The position numbers were made by a program, and so were the translations under genes. Positions 59,078 to 64,000 of a stretch of 64,000 bases of DNA are shown here, piece by piece. Source of the stretch: Promethearchaeati archaeon SRVP18_Atabeyarchaeia-1 (lineage in GTDB: Archaea > Asgardarchaeota > Atabeyarchaeia > Atabeyarchaeales > Atabeyarchaeaceae); contig CP147779.1 in assembly GCA_037308085.1 (NCBI GenBank), forward strand, positions 864,001 through 928,000, written 5' to 3'. Position 1 is the first letter of the stretch; every line of letters begins with the position of its first letter. The notes beneath the pieces were generated by a model. The model was given only the letters and a program-made list of their open reading frames with translations. It was not told where the DNA came from and made no database searches.

Positions 59078-59547
59078 AGCAGATCCTTTTCGTCCAGAGT
59101 CTTCCCTGGTTTACTACCTCTCAGCGGGTTCGGACCGATTTTCTTGAGTACTCCAACGTAGTCTCTCATGACTTCGGCTAACTTGCTTCCCTCACTTGCA
59201 GATATCCACTCAAGCCGAATCCGCTCAGGCTCAAAGCCTGCCTGCTGGACGAGCTTCCTCAAGAGATGCACGCGGCGTTCGGTCTTGTAGTTCCCATTGA
59301 CGTAGTGGCAGTCGCCCGGGTGACACCCTGAGACAAGTACCCCATCGGCGCCGAGTTCCAGCCCCTTGATCATGTAGGCTGGATCAAGACGGCTTGTGCA
59401 CATGACTCTGACAAGTCTCAGGTTAGGAGGATACTGTATTCTGCTGGTGCCAGCCATATCGGCGCCGGCGTAGGTGCACCAGTTGCATACGAGGCCAAGT
59501 ACGAATGGTTCAAATCCGTCGTTTTTTCCGCTACTTTCCTTGGTCAC
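59074..59547 (-). CDS. mvhD: F420-non-reducing hydrogenase delta subunit
   Basis: CNWCTYAGAD, RVMCTSR, GCHPGDCHY, WISASEG. Confidence 0.95.
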   Translation of the reverse strand: MTKESSGKNDGFEPFVLGLVCNWCTYAGADMAGTSRIQYPPNLRLVRVMCTSRLDPAYMIKGLELGADGVLVSGCHPGDCHYVNGNYKTERRVHLLRKLVQQAGFEPERIRLEWISASEGSKLAEVMRDYVGVLKKIGPNPLRGSKPGKTLDEKDLL

Positions 59548-59560
59548 CTAATACCCTCTC

Positions 59561-61519
59561 CTATTGAATCTGCTTCTCAGCTAGCAGCGCTTCTATCTGA
59601 GCAAAGATCTGCGAGTCCTTGAAATGGTTCTGTGTTATGCAGCCACTTGGACACGTTGCAACACAGCACCCGCATCCCTTGCACTGCACGCTGTTAATCT
59701 TCGCTTTTCCTTCTTCTATGGATATTGCGCCAAATGGACACATGTCTATGCAGGACAAGCAGCCACTGCACTTCTCGGAATTGACGACGCTGTAGAAAGG
59801 CTCAACTTCAACCTTCCCCTTTGACATCAGCGACGCAGCGCCGGATGCTGCTCCCTTCGCTTGAGCAACAGCATCAGGAATGTCTTTCGGTCCTTGCACA
59901 GCTCCCGATATGAAGATTCCATCAGTGAGCGTATCGACTGGTCTAAGCTTAGGATGAGCCTCAAGATAGAAACCATCTGCGCTGCGTGATATCTTGAGTA
60001 GGTGCTGAACTTCTTCCGCATCCTTCCTCGGGACGAGTCCCACACTGAGCACAACAAGGTCAGCGTCGAGCTCGACGGGTCTTCCGAGTTCTGTGCTTTC
60101 GGCTCTCACGATCAAGTTCCTAGTTGTCGGGTCCTCTAGGACTTCTGCTGCTCTGCCTCGGATGTAGGTAATGCCGTATTCTCTCTGAGCGCGCTCATAG
60201 AATTCCTCGTAACCCTTACCGAACGCGCGAACGTCCATGTATAGTACATAAACATTCGTGTCTGGATGGTGCTCCTTGAGTTGCCTCGCGTGCTTTGTCG
60301 CATACATACAGCAGACTCTTGAGCAGTAAGCGTTCTTCCTGACGTTCCTCGATCCCACGCACTGGATGAATACTACTCTCTTGGGCACTTTAAGATCCGA
60401 AGGTCTCACAACCTCTCCACCAGTAGCCCCGAAGGCGCTAAGCATTCTTTCAACCTGAAGACCAGTTACGACGTTCTCGTATGTTCCGTATCCGTATTCT
60501 CCCGTCGGGTCGTACGGGTCGAAGCCAGTCGACGCTATTATCGTTCCAGCCTCGACTTCTTCCTCCGTGGGTTGCTGGTTGAAGTCTATTGCTTCGGGCT
60601 CGCAGGCTTTTACGCATAGTTTACACTTTATGCACTTGTCCATGTCAATTGTGTACTTATTTGGAACAGCCTGCGGGAACGCCATGTAAATCGCCTTCCT
60701 TGGCTTCAGACCCAGCTCGAATTCATTGGGAACACTAACGGGGCACACTTCTTCACACTTCCCGCATCCGTTGCACTTGGATTCGATAACGTATCTGGGT
60801 TTCTTCTCTATCTTGACCTTGAAATTCCCAACATAACCATCAATACTCTTGACTTCCGAGTATGCATGAAGCTTGATGTTTGGGTGGCGACCAACCCCAG
60901 TCATCTTTGGAGTGAGAATGCAGGCCGAGCAGTCCATTGTCGGAAAAGTCTTGTCGAGCTGGATCATACGCCCTCCAATGGTGGTATTTTTCTCGACTAA
61001 GTGAACTTCAAACCCAGCTTCGCCCAAGTCCAAGGCTGCAGATATCCCAGCTATTCCTCCACCGATTATGAGGCAGCTTTTCTTAACTGGAACTTCGATG
61101 GGTTCAAGCGGCTCTATGTTGGAGGCTTTTGCCACCGCAGATCGCATTAGATCCTTTGCGATCTCAAAGGCCTTCTCAGGCTCGTGCATATGGCACCATG
61201 TGTCGTGTTCTCTGATGTTTGCCTGTTCGAACAAGTATGGGTTTATGCCCGCGGCCCTGATGGCATTCCTAAAGGTGGGCTCATGCATTAGCGGGCTGCA
61301 GGCAGCTACAACTACGCGGTTCAATTTGTGCTCCTTAACGTCATTTCTTATCATTTCTTGGCCAGGGTCGCTGCACATGAACCTGTAGTCCTTGGCCAAA
61401 ACGACATGGGGCAGCTTCGAAGCGTACTCCGCAAGCTCCTTGACGTTGATGACGCCTGCGATATTAGTTCCACAATGACAAACATAGACACCGATTCGAA
61501 GTTCAGACTCGTCGCTCAT
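59561..61519 (-). CDS. hdrA: Heterodisulfide reductase subunit A
   Basis: VCHCGTNI, AACSP, GGGIAG, DKTFPTMDCSAC, QCVGSR, CSRVCC, ferredoxin domains. Confidence 0.96.
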   Translation of the reverse strand: MSDESELRIGVYVCHCGTNIAGVINVKELAEYASKLPHVVLAKDYRFMCSDPGQEMIRNDVKEHKLNRVVVAACSPLMHEPTFRNAIRAAGINPYLFEQANIREHDTWCHMHEPEKAFEIAKDLMRSAVAKASNIEPLEPIEVPVKKSCLIIGGGIAGISAALDLGEAGFEVHLVEKNTTIGGRMIQLDKTFPTMDCSACILTPKMTGVGRHPNIKLHAYSEVKSIDGYVGNFKVKIEKKPRYVIESKCNGCGKCEEVCPVSVPNEFELGLKPRKAIYMAFPQAVPNKYTIDMDKCIKCKLCVKACEPEAIDFNQQPTEEEVEAGTIIASTGFDPYDPTGEYGYGTYENVVTGLQVERMLSAFGATGGEVVRPSDLKVPKRVVFIQCVGSRNVRKNAYCSRVCCMYATKHARQLKEHHPDTNVYVLYMDVRAFGKGYEEFYERAQREYGITYIRGRAAEVLEDPTTRNLIVRAESTELGRPVELDADLVVLSVGLVPRKDAEEVQHLLKISRSADGFYLEAHPKLRPVDTLTDGIFISGAVQGPKDIPDAVAQAKGAASGAASLMSKGKVEVEPFYSVVNSEKCSGCLSCIDMCPFGAISIEEGKAKINSVQCKGCGCCVATCPSGCITQNHFKDSQIFAQIEALLAEKQIQ

Positions 61520-61825
61520 AATCGCTTACCTGCCAGATCCTTAACACCGAATAAACAGGTTAAATGACGGTAGAATGTTTTCATGTAAACCGACATTAGC
61601 CATTTATATCTTTACTTCGGGCAGGTTATATTTCCGTGTTCTCGTTCGATGTTCAAACAACCAACATAATTGGCAGTTCTCGACATCTGGCTTCTGAACT
61701 CTTATCTCTCATCTTATATGTAAGTTTGTCCTCGGACTCAACGTCAAACTATGACAACTGGTTCTACGTTTCCTACAGAGCGCTTGGAATCTGTGAACAT
61801 TGGATCATTGATTGGTAATCTTTGG

Positions 61826-62704
61826 TCATGAGACTTTCTCAAGCAAACCTTTCGTCTTGATTTTGTGCAGAGAGAGTCCTAGCTCCTCGGAATTCATTCC
61901 AAACGCTATTCCAATCAATTCCGGCAAATATAGAACGGGTAGGTTGTAGTCCGCTTTTTTCGCGCTTCTCAGTTCGACTTGACCAGTGTCAAACTGTAGA
62001 AAGCATGTTGGGCACAGAACAACAAGACAATCTGCAGAGGATCTTACAGCTTGTTGTATCTTCTCGTAGGTGAAGTCGAGTGATCCGTCTTTGTCAATGC
62101 CTCTTATTGTGGCACCACAACAGGCAAGTTTCTTCAGGTATGGAACGCTGCGTGCACCAGTTGCTTCAACCAGTTCGTCTAGGAGCCGTGGTTCCTCAGG
62201 GTTGTCAACGCGCAAAATAGAGCTTGGTCTGAGAACGTGGCAGCCGTAGTGAGTAGCCACATTCAGCCCGTTCAAGCTTGTGATGGTGTTCTCCCTTATC
62301 CTCTGTGGTCCTATCTCGTTGTGTAGGACCTCGAGCAGGTGCTTGACCTCGATCTTGCCCTTGAATGTTCTGCCTATCTTGGCAAGCATTGAATTTACGT
62401 CGGCCCTGAGTTTCAGATCCTTCTTGAGAGTCTCGTTGACAGTCTTCAGGGTTTCAAAGCAGCCGTTACATAATGTGAGTATATCGGTGTTCATTTCTTC
62501 AGCTATCGCTATGTTTCTCGCTCCCAGGGCTAGCCATGTTGCATAGTCAAGAGACTGAATTCCTACAGGGTCGGGACAGCAGCTAGTTTCTTTCATCTCC
62601 AATAGTTTGACACCAAGCGCACCCAGTACTCTCCTCGCTGATGCCTCCAAATTCGGGAGCCTAAGAGGAATCATGCAACCCAAGAACAATGCGTAATCTT
62701 TCAT
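61826..62704 (-). CDS. hdrB: Heterodisulfide reductase subunit B
   Basis: FLGC, SCCP, CNGC, HYGCH, CCGA, CPTC CCG domains. Confidence 0.95.
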   Translation of the reverse strand: MKDYALFLGCMIPLRLPNLEASARRVLGALGVKLLEMKETSCCPDPVGIQSLDYATWLALGARNIAIAEEMNTDILTLCNGCFETLKTVNETLKKDLKLRADVNSMLAKIGRTFKGKIEVKHLLEVLHNEIGPQRIRENTITSLNGLNVATHYGCHVLRPSSILRVDNPEEPRLLDELVEATGARSVPYLKKLACCGATIRGIDKDGSLDFTYEKIQQAVRSSADCLVVLCPTCFLQFDTGQVELRSAKKADYNLPVLYLPELIGIAFGMNSEELGLSLHKIKTKGLLEKVS

Positions 62705-63261
62705 TGGTCGGCCCCCTCATCCTTATGATCCTCAAGTAGTTTGTCGATTCCTGTCATCTTAACTATGGTGCGCACTTCGTCGACGTTGGCTACGGGCGCT
62801 GGGGGGAGATCGAGCGCCTCTCTTCTCTTGGCTATTGCTGACATTAAGGGAATTGACCAGCCTGTTGCGCATATCTGTTTTAGCTCCTCCTTGATGTACT
62901 CCTTCACATCTCCATCTTGTGCCGCCTTATTGCGCAAGGCTAGGACGACATGTGATGGTTTGACATCCTGGGGGCATCGTTCCTGACAAGTGTGGCAAAG
63001 TAAACACAGCCATATGGTTTGCTTTGGTATCTTATCCTCCCGTTTTGAGAGGAACCTCTGAACCATTTTTCTTGGGTTGAATTCTGGGTTTTTCTTGGCC
63101 ATGGGGCAGCCGCCCGTGCAAGTGCCGCACTGGTAGCAGGGCTTTACTGAGCTTTCACTTTCGGTTCGCAGAGCCTCGCCTATCATGCTCAGTCCTCCGT
63201 GAGGTTTCGCGGCTTCAGCGTCTGCCTTGGGCTGTTCCATAGGCTCTTCCCCTTCCCGCAA
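62701..63261 (-). CDS. hdrC: Heterodisulfide reductase subunit C
   Basis: CYQCGTCTGGCP, WLCLLCHTCQERCP. Confidence 0.93.
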   Translation of the reverse strand: MREGEEPMEQPKADAEAAKPHGGLSMIGEALRTESESSVKPCYQCGTCTGGCPMAKKNPEFNPRKMVQRFLSKREDKIPKQTIWLCLLCHTCQERCPQDVKPSHVVLALRNKAAQDGDVKEYIKEELKQICATGWSIPLMSAIAKRREALDLPPAPVANVDEVRTIVKMTGIDKLLEDHKDEGADQ

Positions 63262-63271
63262 ATCACTTTAC

Positions 63272-64000
63272 TCAGCTTAGAAATGATTCCTGTGATAGAA
63301 TGCCTCTGACGGCTTGAAAAGCTGTCGAACTATCAGGTAGTTCGAGCAATGAACGCCCTTCCATATTATACTTTGCTATCATATCGTCGCTGGGTATCGT
63401 GCCACCGTAACTAGCTCCCACCTCGTCAGCCTTGGCCCTAATCTTTTCTCCAACGTCCTCCGACAAACGATTACCCAGAACAACTACTTTCTCAATCTTA
63501 CCCTCGATCTTGCTTGTGAACCTCTTTATTCTAGCAGCAGTTTCCAGACCCATCTTTGAGGAGTCGGTGAGGATGTACATCAAATCAACGTTCCGAGAAG
63601 TTCTTCTGGTTACGTGTTCGAGCCCTGCGGGAAGATCCATTAGAATCAATCGGTAATTCTTGGAAAGTGTGTCAACGATGTTTGCAAGCATGACGTTAGG
63701 CATGCAGAAACAGCCTTCTTTCTCCACGGCTCCCATCACAAGGAGATCGAATTTTTCTCCCTCATGCAGTAAACCGAAAACTTTTGTCTCCAGAAAGGCA
63801 TCTTTATTGAAGTCTCGAGGTAGATCATCGATCCTGTCTTTCAGCTCGTGAACCGCCATAGCTACTGTGCCTTTAACTTGAATGTTAAGAACTTCAGGCA
63901 TGTTTGCATCTGGGTCGGCATCGACAACAAGAATATTGTCCATTCCATCTGATAAGAAGGACTTCAGCACAAGAGCCATGAACGACGTTTTGCCAACTCC
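63272..64000 (-). CDS. cooC: CooC-type nickel-insertion ATPase (5' end outside the window)
   Basis: GVGKTS at the window edge, DADPDAN, GCFC, DLPAGLEH. Confidence 0.9.
   Translation of the reverse strand, partial: GVGKTSFMALVLKSFLSDGMDNILVVDADPDANMPEVLNIQVKGTVAMAVHELKDRIDDLPRDFNKDAFLETKVFGLLHEGEKFDLLVMGAVEKEGCFCMPNVMLANIVDTLSKNYRLILMDLPAGLEHVTRRTSRNVDLMYILTDSSKMGLETAARIKRFTSKIEGKIEKVVVLGNRLSEDVGEKIRAKADEVGASYGGTIPSDDMIAKYNMEGRSLLELPDSSTAFQAVRGILSQESFLS

Noticed and set aside
1-64000. Numerous short ORFs overlapping recognised genes (e.g. 1922-2392, 2962-3585, 20276-20815, 44137-44787); rRNA, tRNA and CRISPR arrays
   Set aside because: The ORFs are antisense or alternate-frame shadows without motifs; no rRNA, tRNA or repeat-spacer pattern was recognised by eye

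Overview
Archaeal chromosomal segment, very likely from an Asgard archaeon (it encodes an Odin/Loki-type profilin and a roadblock protein). Mostly anaerobic C1 and energy metabolism: ftr, cdhABCDE (CODH/ACS), an acyl-CoA mutase cluster with meaB, two MetV/MetF-like pairs plus a third MetF-like gene, mer, iorAB, acdA, a Vhu/Mvh hydrogenase with hdrABC, and cooC, interspersed with housekeeping genes (lig, psmB, moaA, GGGPS, tmk, map, tldD/E). Two signals are missing from the ORF track. (1) A TnpB-only element (35438-36695) and a 257-bp internally deleted relative (4840-5096) are each bounded by 22-23 bp imperfect terminal inverted repeats and an 8-bp direct repeat. In both, the duplication is preceded by TTG on the element strand and lies next to a TATA box. 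This architecture is not that of IS200/IS605 or IS607 and suggests an RNA-guided TIR/TSD transposon family. (2) A 49-codon UGA-recoded selenoprotein gene vhuU (56605-56754) supplies the missing C-terminal Ni ligands of the hydrogenase and has a candidate SECIS. There is also a ~4.3-kb accessory island separating iorA from iorB. All calls are from motif recognition and manual alignment; no database searches were run.
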